From positions 8,225,018 to 8,264,384 of the forward strand of contig JARFOE010000168.1 in assembly GCA_031763465.1 (NCBI GenBank): DNA of 39,367 nt, in the 5' to 3' direction. Under the pieces are notes generated by a model that saw nothing but the letters and a program-made list of their open reading frames with translations, searched no databases and was not told the DNA's origin. Below are positions 10,912 through 20,145 of the stretch, piece by piece (position 1 is the first letter of the stretch; the number at the start of each line of letters is the position of its first letter). Position numbers and translations under genes: made by a program. The stretch comes from Squatina squatina. Its lineage: Eukaryota.

Positions 10912-11350
10912 AAAGAAAGACTTGCATTTATATAGCATCTTTCCTCAGGACATCCCAAAGCGCTTTACAACCAATTAAGTACTTTTGAGGTGAAGCCATT
11001 GTTGTAATGTAGGAAACGCGGCAGGGAATATGAACAAGATCCTACAAATTTCACTGAGATAAATGACCCGATAACCAGTTTTACTGATGCTGGAAGAGGA
11101 ATAAATATTAGCCAGAGCTCTTGTGATCTTCTTTGAATATTGCCATGGGTACTTTTATGTCCACCTGAAAGGACAAGCTAAGTTTCACATCTCATTTGAA
11201 GGATGTCACCTCTGACAGTGCAGCATTTCCTTTGTACTGCAATGGAGTGTCAGCCTAGATTTTATGTGCTCAAGTCACCGTAGTAGGACTTGACCCCACC
11301 ACCTTCAGACTCAGAGGTGAGAGTGCTACCACTAAGTCGGAGCTAAACAC
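10912..11350 (-). mobile_element. tRNA-derived Deu-domain SINE (SacSINE1-like), near full length
   Basis: On -: A-box-like GACTTAGTGG, B-box-like GGGTCAAGTCC, Deu core gctgacactcc..gcagtac..tgctgcactgtcagaggt, and tail ...tatataaatgcaagtctttcttt. Confidence 0.85.
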
Positions 11351-11374
11351 CTACAATAGCCAGAATACTAACCA

Positions 11375-11784
11375 ATGCAGCCAAAGAGTTGGTGGCAGTT
11401 CAAGGAGAGAGTGGAGGTGGGGGGGGCAGAATTAGCAGTTATAGGGGATTTGATAATTTGGGGGATAAAGGGTATCCTCTGCAGTCACAATCAAATGTTC
11501 AGAAGGTTGTGCTGTCTATCAGGTCCAGTTCAGAACCAACGGCATACGAAGGAACAGGGATTTGGTCCTGCTAAAGGATCTAGGAGCTAAACTAAAAAGC
11601 AGGACCTCAATAGTGGTAATCTGCACTGAGCCATGTGCTAATTGGCATGGGGATAACCAGGAAAATAAATGTGTGGCTTAAAGACTGGTGTGGGAAGAAT
11701 GGGTCCATTTCATGGGACAATAGCATCAGTACTGGGATCGGACAGAGCTGTGCCGCTGGGACAGGCTAGGACTAAAGGATAAAT
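11375..11784 (+). mobile_element. CR1 LINE ORF1 (SGNH esterase) fragment
   Basis: VIGDLII.GI...RRLCCLSG, and similarity to the copy at 17370-17800 (aaaagcaggacctc...tggctaaag..ctggtgtgggaa). Confidence 0.8.
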
Positions 11785-12035
11785 NNNNNNNNNNNNNNNN
11801 NNNNNNNNNNNNNNNNNNNNNNNNNNNNNNNNNNNNNNNNNNNNNNNNNNNNNNNNNNNNNNNNNNNNNNNNNNNNNNNNNNNNAAATAATCAAGCTTTA
11901 ATTTACAGTAGTTTGACAGCTATCAGACTGTAAATAACAAGTATTGAATAAAATCATCAGGGACATAAAATGACTTAAAAATGACAATTCACTATGGTTA
12001 AAAGACAAAACTGCATGCAAATGTTGGTGTCTTAC

Positions 12036-12246
12036 ATTGTCGTAATGCTTTTTCACAATTGGTTCATAGAAGCCTATTGCCTCTTTATACTTGTTCTCCT
12101 GCATAAAGAGAACATGGGCAACATTCAATTTCCAAACATCATGCTCATTGCAGAACTCCACTGATTTTCGGAAGATCTTCTCAACCATTTGGTAGTTTTC
12201 CAAGTTCCAGTAAATTCTGGCCTGAGCCATAAGCACTGGAATATAC
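12036..12246 (-). CDS. IFT70: IFT70/TTC30 exon
   Basis: YIPVLMAQARIYWNLENYQMVEKIFRKSVEFCNEHDVWKLNVAHVLFMQENKYKEAIGFYEPIVKKHYDN. AG/GT ends; phase matches the exon at 13655-13731. Confidence 0.95.
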
Positions 12247-12490
12247 CTAAGAAAATGCATTCCATTAATGTTATAATAGTCAAGGTTAAAAAAAATCATT
12301 AACAGTTCTCCATCAATTTGACTCCTTGCTGGGACACAGTTTCAAGGGCACCCGCCACCCGGGCCAAGTGACTATTCTTTATATGTGAACNNNNNNNNNN
12401 NNNNNNNNNNNNNNNNNNNNNNNNNNNNNNNNNNNNNNNNNNNNNNNNNNNNNNNNNNNNNNNNNNNNNNNNNNNNNNNNNNNNNNNNNN

Positions 12491-12780
12491 TTAGAAGTAG
12501 CTAGTATGGATTTGAAAAGGGACGACGGCACTTGACAAACTTCATAAAATTCTTTGAGGAGGTAACTGACATGGTAGATAATGGAAATGCAGTGGATATA
12601 CTATAAGTGGACTTTCGACAAGATGATAAGGGCAAGAAGTTAAGGGCAGCTTTTCACAGTATTTGGAAGTATGTAGTGGTGTTCCTGGAGAGAGCAAATT
12701 CTGTCTACTGTGTCAATGATTGTGATTTAACCTAAAGGGAGCAGTGTCAAAATTTGCAGATGATACATCTTTAGAAGGAG
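12491..12780 (+). mobile_element. CR1 RT fragment, degenerate
   Basis: Remnants of FFEEVT..VDNGNAVD, SGVP and SKFADD. Confidence 0.75.
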
Positions 12781-12852
12781 GGAGGACGTAGAAACTGTCT
12801 GCCCTGTATTCTTTTCTTGTAGAATATCTATACCTTTAACCTAGGAACTTAA

Positions 12853-13587
12853 GGGGAGAAATTCCCTAGCTGCTCGGGGCAGGACTTCCTGCGAAAAGTC
12901 CGCCCCGGCCGGGAAATTGCCCTTACCATCCCTCAGAGGAAGTGGAGTGCAATCTTGCGCGCTCCACTTCCTCTTGAGGTGGGTCTAGCGGCGTTAATGG
13001 GGCGCGATCGGCAGCACTACGTGGACACTCCACATAGCACTGACGCATTTTAATGCCCCTCCCTTTCACTTAAAGGGGAGGGCCGCTGCGCACTCTGCAC
13101 AGCCTCTGATGGCCTCCACTGGGCCACCAGTACAGCGTGGTACCGAGGCCGCAGCCCAGCACCCAAAACGAAGTACTAAGCTGCACGATGNNNNNNNNNN
13201 TGGAGGCCCGGACCACGCAACAGAGGAAGTCATCGAGCTGACCAGTGAGTCAGCCAAAAAGCTGAGATGACGACCTCCCCTTTAACTTCTGTCCCGCGAG
13301 CAGATGTTGACCTGGTTCGTGACCTGCGAGGCTGGCACTGACACCATTTGCGCCAGCCTCGCAGGGCAATATCCGCTGCGGGGCGGAAAGAGGTCGATGC
13401 GCACGGCGAATGTCATCGTTGGTTGTGCGGCGACCTAGGGCACTTGCAGCGGGGCACGGCGCTACTGTGGCAGTGCCCTACGCCAACACCCGCGCAATTT
13501 CGCAGGAGCTGGTAGCGCTGCCCCCACCGGGGGAAAAGTGTTTCAGGCCCCGTAATGGGTGTCACAAAAAGGGGCAATTTTGACTCC
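12853..13587. mobile_element. Non-autonomous PIF/Harbinger-like element (MITE)
   Basis: TAA|GGGGAGAAATT ... AATTTTGACTCC|TAA: imperfect TIRs with a TAA target duplication. GC-rich interior. Related pieces at 14187 and 29385. Contains a 10-N gap. Confidence 0.75.
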
Positions 13588-13654
13588 TAAATTTCTTTTA
13601 ACAATTATTAAACCAAAATAACATATTTGAAGAATTTTTGTGAATGCAACTCAC

Positions 13655-13731
13655 TTCTCAAGCGCTTCATCGTACTCATTTACTGCCTTTTTCACAGCTT
13701 CATCATCTCGATTATGTCTAGCTTCCTGTAC
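13655..13731 (-). CDS. IFT70: IFT70/TTC30 exon
   Basis: 77-nt exon encoding VQEARHNRDDEAVKKAVNEYDEALE(K), with CTAG acceptor and GTGAGT donor. Confidence 0.92.
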
Positions 13732-13974
13732 CTAGATGGAAAACAAGTTTTGCCATTTTGTTTTAATCACACTTATTAGCAGGCCTGTTTTAACATCANN
13801 NNNNNNNNNNNNNNNNNNNNNNNNNNNNNNNNNNNNNNNNNNNNNNNNNNNNNNNNNNNNNNNNNNNNNNNNNNNNNNNNNNNNNNNNNNNNNNNNNNTT
13901 AACACTAGAACCGGGTGTTAGACTCCTGACGCCCGCTTTGCGCCCATTCAGCGCTAGTGCCAGTATGTCAATTG

Positions 13975-14185
13975 GCCACTCCTAACCTATGAAAAGAGGT
14001 TGATGAATCCAGGGCTCTTTACTCTGGAGACAAGACGACTCATGGGAGATATTATTCAAGTATTCAAGATCTTTAAGCAATAGTTAATGGATAAATTAAA
14101 TGGATAATATGTTTAAGATTGCCATAAAGTCTAGAACTAGGGGACAGAGGGTGAAACTTAGAAGAGGGATAATGCACAGACACTT
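13975..14185 (+). mobile_element. CR1 3' ORF2 fragment
   Basis: YEKRL..GLFTLE.RR..GDIIQVFKI and SRTRG remnants. Confidence 0.7.
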
Positions 14186-14186
14186 T

Positions 14187-14372
14187 GAGGGCGAAATTGC
14201 CCTGTGCCCTGATTGTTGACGGTAACCTGTTGCAGCCAGGACTTCAGCACCTAGCTCAGAAGTCCCACCACCGCCGCTGAATTGGGCTTACCGTCCCTCA
14301 AAGGAAGTGGAGCACAATCTCTCGTGCTCCACTTCCTTTAGGGGCGGGACCAGCGGTGCCAATGGCACTATG
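14187..14372. mobile_element. Truncated Harbinger-like MITE (same family as 12853-13587)
   Basis: Starts gagggcgaaattgccc and shares the ggaagtggag/ctccacttcc hairpin. Confidence 0.7.
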
Positions 14373-14486
14373 TAAAAATAAATCAATCAATCAATCACAC
14401 TGTAAATGGAACATGTCTGAAGCATAAATATTTGTTTTGAAACACAAACGAGCACAAATAAAAGATAAACCTTGAAGTAAACACAC

Positions 14487-14639
14487 TTCGTATTTGCAAT
14501 ATAGAAGAAGTAGGTTGCCAAAGGTTTCTGGTGGAAAAGGGTTCTGCTGAAGTAAGAACTGTAGTTTTTCAAATCCCTCAGTTGGCTTGGAGTCCATATT
14601 CATTAAGGCTTGGTTGTGAAGAGTGACTGGATCAAGTTC
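14487..14639 (-). CDS. IFT70: IFT70/TTC30 exon
   Basis: 153-nt exon encoding ELDPVTLHNQALMNMDSKPTEGFEKLQFLLQQNPFPPETFGNLLLLYCKYE. Confidence 0.95.
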
Positions 14640-15053
14640 CTATGAAGAAAATAGAGTGGATTGGTGCAGGTTTGATTATCCTCACTCAAATAAAATGACA
14701 AATTGTTAACAAAGTAAGCTTTATTAAAAACTCAAGATTCTCCCTCAGTTTTAAAATAATTCAAAACATTTTTAAATATCACCCCGGTTCTTTCACTCTG
14801 CTGGCTACAGAAGTCTCCAGCTCCACTCACCCCCTTTCANNNNNNNNNNNNNNNNNNNNNNNNNNNNNNNNNNNNNNNNNNNNNNNNNNNNNNNNNNNNN
14901 NNNNNNNNNNNNNNNNNNNNNNNNNNNNNNNNNNNNNNNTTTCCATTTAATCTGCAAGCTTTTTGAAACTTTCAGAAATAGAAGTTGGCCTCAGCAAGAA
15001 GTGTAAGTCACAAATTACAAAACCGTTCTAATTATTTTTGACTTTACACTTAC

Positions 15054-15182
15054 AATTCTTCAGTTGGTATTCAATGGCTGCTTTAAGATTAAAAGCTTCA
15101 ATCAATGCAGTTTCGTGGAGCACTAATGTGTTTCCAACACTTCTCACGTCAATCCCTTCAGTTGTCATGCCAACACTGAGCT
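15054..15182 (-). CDS. IFT70: IFT70/TTC30 exon
   Basis: LSVGMTTEGIDVRSVGNTLVLHETALIEAFNLKAAIEYQLKN, with TTTTTCAG acceptor and GTAAGT donor. Confidence 0.95.
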
Positions 15183-15249
15183 CTGAAAAAATGCAAATGA
15201 TAACAAAAGCAAATTCAACAATTCGCAAGAGATTACACTTTAAGGACAA

Positions 15250-15492
15250 GCGAACATAAGAATTAGGAGCAGGAGTCGGCCATATGGCCCCTCGAGCCTG
15301 CTCTGTCAATTAGTAAGATCATGGCTGATGTTCAACCTCAACTCCACTTTCACGTCTGATCCCCATCCCCATGAGTCCAAAAATCTATCGATCTCAGCTT
15401 TGAATATAGTCAACGACTCAGCATCCACAGCCCTTTGTGGTAGAGAATTCAAAGATTCGTAAGCCTCTGAGTGAAGAAATTCTTCCTCAATA
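15250..15492 (-). mobile_element. CR1 (HER1-like) LINE 3' end
   Basis: RKNFFTQR..NSLPQRAVDAESLTIFKAEIDRFL, plus a 3' tail ...ggccgactcctgctcctaattcttatgttc. Confidence 0.88.
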
Positions 15493-15744
15493 NNNNNNNN
15501 NNNNNNNNNNNNNNNNNNNNNNNNNNNNNNNNNNNNNNNNNNNNNNNNNNNNNNNNNNNNNNNNNNNNNNNNNNNNNNNNNNNNNNNNNNNNGGACATAA
15601 TTATCTGGAGGCTTCGGTTTCTGCGGACTTTGGGTTTTATAGTTATAACCAGTATTGCTGGTACAGTAAGTAAGAGCAATACACGTGATTAACCTGGAAA
15701 GGAAATGTGCAGATGGACAAGTTTGATGTCTGTGTAGCTCTGAT

Positions 15745-16130
15745 TTTAAATCCACTGGCAGGCTGGAAGAAATTGCAATGGTGGGATAGAGTGAGCAGAG
15801 GATTTTGAAATGATGGTGTTAATCGGCAAGGAGTCAGTGGAAGAACTTGGGATGATGGTGAGCAGATGGTGGATTTCTGGATGAATTGGTGTTCATTGGA
15901 TGGGGCTGAGAAGGGCTTTGGGAAAAGTTGAATCTGGCAGTGATGAGGATTTCATCGGCGGTGAGGTAGGGACTGAGAGGACGTATTTTCAGAGGTAGGA
16001 ATAGGTTGTGCTGCTGGGTGCACTGAATGTGGAGTTTAAACCTTGGCTTGAGGTCAAGCAGGTCACCCAAATGGTGTGCTGTTGATCTCGGCCTGAGCAT
16101 TCAGCTGGGGAGTGGAATAGAATTGAGGTA
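15745..16130 (-). mobile_element. L2 LINE 3' ORF2 fragment, old
   Basis: LGDLLDLKPRFKLHIQ...LKIRPLSPYLT...ARFNFSQ resembles the L2 C-terminal region. Confidence 0.6.
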
Positions 16131-17059
16131 TAAGTATAGATAAATATTTTGGTGGGAACAGCATAAAGAAAGACAGACTCTTATTTATATAGTGCCTTTC
16201 AAGATCGCGGGATGTCTCAAAATGCTTTGTGTAGAATTACATTAAATTTATGGCACAGAAATAGTTAATTCAGCCCAACTGGTCCATGCTGGTGTTTATG
16301 CTTTGCATGAGCCTCCTCCCAACTATCTCTATCGAACCCTATCAGAATAACCTTCTATTCCTTTCTCCCTCGTGTTTATCCAGCTTCCCCTTAAATACAT
16401 CCAATAGAAGTGAATCAATTACAAAGTCTGAATATCTTTGAAAAATGTTTATAGTATCCTTGTCGAGCCTGTTATCAGGGAGGCAGCAACACTATTAGGA
16501 CAGACCTGCTGCTAAACTCCATTTGCACAACGACTTGAGCTCTTATTGTAAGTGTCCAAACATTTTTGTGCTCATCAAGGTGAGGGATGTTATTTTTGGA
16601 ATTTGCAATTCTTTCCATATCAGAGAACCAGTGTTATCAACAAACATGCCCAAGTCAGCTTAGCACCGCTAAATGCAGAAAGTTTCTTCTGTTATATCCA
16701 ACAATGTGCCATAATGCAAATTCCTACTGCAGCAGTGTGACAGTTTTCTATTTCCTACATTTGGTCCATTTGAGTGATATTGAAAATTTAGGGGAAATAA
16801 GTGGTCTATTTGGGGTAGTTTTGTGGTTTGGGCAAACTCTGCTGAGAACACAGCAACAACATTTCATGTATGATCTTCTCTAAATGACGTGTTTCTTCTA
16901 TTTTGTTATGATGTGTCGTTACAGGATGTAACTGGCAGACTGGAGAGTGGACCTCAGAGAAACGAGTCAGAGACTGGAATTCTCAAAACTGAGGAAACCT
17001 TGAATTCAGAACAACATGCAGCTGTGGAGCATACTGAGGAGCATCAGCCAAGAGCAAGA

Positions 17060-18031
17060 GAATCTGAAACACAAGGAAAGGGGAGGAATTTCTGGATACT
17101 TTTATCCAGAATACAATCACAACCCAGAGGAAAGCACAGGTTCAGGAAAGGGAGGGTGTGACTGTTAGGGAGCCAGGCAGCAGGGATTTAGGAGAGGTTG
17201 GGAATGAGGTCCTGCAGACACTGGCCCTGTCCAATAGGTACGATGTGCTCGCTACCTGTGAGGACCAGGAGAACGACGGCAGCAAGGACAATCACAATAT
17301 AGACCAAGGCATCGTGGCTCAAAAGGCTGCCCAAGGGGAGGGGGTAGGAAAGAATACAATAGCAATGTGGTAGTAAGAGGTCTCTATAGTTAGGGGGATA
17401 GATAGCGTCTTCTGCAGCGAAGTATGAGAATTCCGAAAGGTGTGCTGCCTACCCGGTGCCAGGGTAAGGGATATCTCATGGCGGCTGGAAAGGGAGGGGG
17501 GAAATAAGTTGTCGTGGTCCATGATGGAACAAACAACACAGGGAGGAACTCCTGCTGAAATAGTATCAGGAATTAGGCTCTAAATTAAAAAGCAGGACCT
17601 CGAGGGTCATAATCTCTGGATTAGTGCCTGAGCAACGTGAAAATTGGCATAGAAGCAGACAGATCAGGAGAATTAACACGTGGCTAAAGGGCTGGTGTGG
17701 GAAAGAGGAGTTCCTTTTCATGGGACACTAGCCCCAGTTCTCGGACAGGAAGGATCTGTAGCGATGGGACGGGCTCCACCTGAACCAGGATGGGACCCGT
17801 GTCCTAGCGGAAAGGGTAAATAGGGAGCTGGCAAAGGCTTTAAACAAGTTAGATGGGGGGAGGGACCTACAAGAAATGTAACCAGCCTAAATATAAACAA
17901 AACAGGAAAAGAGAGCATAGGAAAGAATAAAGTAAGGGAAAACATTGAAGGCAAGGGAATAAATAAAATTATGGAACAGGAGGCTAACATAAAATGATAG
18001 GAAATCCTATTAGAAATTAGTTAAACTGACT
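17060..18031 (+). mobile_element. CR1 LINE ORF1 (esterase) region
   Basis: LALSNRYDVLAT, RKVCCLPGARVRDIS and DGLHLN..GT.VLAERV. Confidence 0.88.
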
Positions 18032-18131
18032 NNNNNNNNNNNNNNNNNNNNNNNNNNNNNNNNNNNNNNNNNNNNNNNNNNNNNNNNNNNNNNNNNNNNN
18101 NNNNNNNNNNNNNNNNNNNNNNNNNNNNNNN

Positions 18132-18262
18132 ACTGATAAGGAGCAGCACCCAGGCGATTAATCCCACCATATCCTTCAGTCACTGATCAGGGCAGGACCT
18201 GGGAAATCATCCCCACCATATCCCAGGATCACTGATCAGGAGCAGCAAGCAGGGGGACAGTG
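18132..18262. repeat. Minisatellite, about 50 bp unit
   Basis: Units starting actgat(a/c)agg at 18132, 18182 and 18231; cccaccatatcc is present in the first two. Confidence 0.75.
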
Positions 18263-19379
18263 GTCAACAAAGTAGATGAGAGCGAACATAAAGATAATGG
18301 AAAGAGCATGCAAATGTTATAATGATAGTACAGATCGAGAGGATTGCCAGGGATATAAAGAACGGTAAAGGAAGAGAAAACAGATCGGAATAGCTGCAAA
18401 AAGAGTCTGTAAAAAGAAAATTGGAAGCAATATCATGTGCAATGGAAAAGGTATTGACAATTATATCAGGAAAAAAAGTCAGGGACAATGTGGGCCATCC
18501 AAAATCAAGTATGCGTAATATTTCAAATGAAAATAAAGAAATGACAGACCTGTTGAACAATTACTGTGTCATTCTTCACAGTAGAGGAGGAGGATAATAT
18601 ACTTGATATTGTTAGGAAATTAGTAATGAAAGCAGGTCTGGATCTCACTAAGGCTCCACTAAAGTAGCTGAAATGGTAAATAGGGAGGTGGCAAACACTT
18701 TAAACTAATAAGATGGGGGGAGGGGTCTACAAGAAAAGTATACAACCTAAATATAAACAAAACAGGAAAAGAGAGCATAGGAAAGAATAAATAAGGGAGG
18801 ACATTGGTAGTAAAGGGAATAAATAGAGTTAGAGATCAGGAGTCTAAAAAGTTTGATAATTATAAAATGAGAGGAAATCCTATTAAAATTATTTAAACAG
18901 TCTGTACAGCAATGTACACAGTTGCCATAATAAAGCAGGGGAGGTAATCATGCATTGCGAGGAACCAGACATAGTAGGAATTGCTGAGGCATGGCTTCAG
19001 AAAAATAACGACTGTGAATTTAACATTGCAGGGTAAAACATAGAAAAGATAGTGAGGGTTAAAGGGGGGGTGGAGTAGCTGTGATTATTAGTGATAGCGT
19101 AATGGCAGTAGGAAAAAGTGGCACATCTCTCAGCAAGACAAAAACAGAACTATCTGGATAGAGATAAAAGATAATAATGGATCAATCGCACTAATAGGTG
19201 TAGTCTACAGACTACCTAATGGTGGAAGGGAGATGGAGAAAGAAATATGTAGCCAAATTAGAGAAATGAGTAAAAAATATAAAATAATAATCATGGGGGA
19301 TTTCACCTACCCTGATATTAATTTGATAGAAGAGATAGGTAAAGGGGATAAGGGAATGGATTTCATACAATGTGTACAG
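18263..19379 (+). mobile_element. CR1 fragments (ORF2 linker, then ORF1 end and endonuclease)
   Basis: EMTDLLNNY, then DIVGIAEAWL, GVVYRLPN and IIMGDFTYPDIN. 18670-18900 resembles 17810-18030. Confidence 0.85.
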
Positions 19380-19479
19380 NNNNNNNNNNNNNNNNNNNNN
19401 NNNNNNNNNNNNNNNNNNNNNNNNNNNNNNNNNNNNNNNNNNNNNNNNNNNNNNNNNNNNNNNNNNNNNNNNNNNNNNN

Positions 19480-20145
19480 GTCACCTTGGCAGCCACAGCC
19501 CTACCCACCGCCGGCCACGCCAATTCCTGGGCAGCGACTCCCGAAGGATGGCCGTCGCTCACGTTGGGGGAGAACTGTGCCTGCAGGCAACCTTGTTCGG
19601 AACCCTTAGCAGTTCCTGGTAAAAGACAGGCAGCTCCCGCAAGCAAGTCCAGTTGCTCAGGGTTATAAACAGGTGCTGCGTGTCGTAGTTGAGGCCATGC
19701 AGCTGGCGGAACAAATACGTCGCCAGCACACACCATCGGGGAGGAGGCTCAACGTACAGGTATCTCTGCAGTGCCTGAAGGCAGAAAGTCGTAGCCTGGG
19801 TACGCACGCACACCAGCAACTGACCGCCCACCTTAAGCAGCAGACTCAGAACTGCAGCAGAGACCCAATGCTTTCTTTTGTCCCAGAAGAAGTCGACGAC
19901 CATTTTCTGTATTTTAGCGACAAACGTTGGGGGAGCGACCAAAGGGACCAGCCGGTACCACAACATGGTGGCCACCAGCTTATGACCAACACTCGACCCC
20001 TGTAAGAGCACTCAGAGCAGTCCTGTCAGCCTACCAGGTGAGTGGCGACTTTGGCCTCCAGCTCTTGCCACTTCGCCGGCCAGGCTTCCTCGGCAGGGTT
20101 AAGGTAGACTCCCAGGTAGAGGAGGTTGGTGGTACTCCAGGCGAA
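19480..20145 (-). mobile_element. Tx1-clade (L1-like) non-LTR retrotransposon ORF2 fragment
   Basis: LLYLGVYL, SYRGRVLVI, LVATMLWYRL, VDFFWDKRKHWVSAAVLSL..GGQ.LVC, FCLQALQRYLY and LPVFYQELL. Confidence 0.9.

Noticed and set aside
11270-11350. tRNA gene
   Set aside because: This is the degenerate tRNA-derived head of a SINE.
12853-13587. CpG island or promoter
   Set aside because: The GC-rich sequence is bounded by TIRs and a TSD and is repeated elsewhere in the window, so it is transposon-derived.
18132-18262. Spaced repeats resembling a CRISPR array
   Set aside because: The whole unit is a degenerate tandem repeat with no unique spacers, in a vertebrate context.
17810-18900. Apparent local duplication (17810-18030 vs 18670-18900)
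   Set aside because: These are two diverged copies of the same CR1 region on different contigs.
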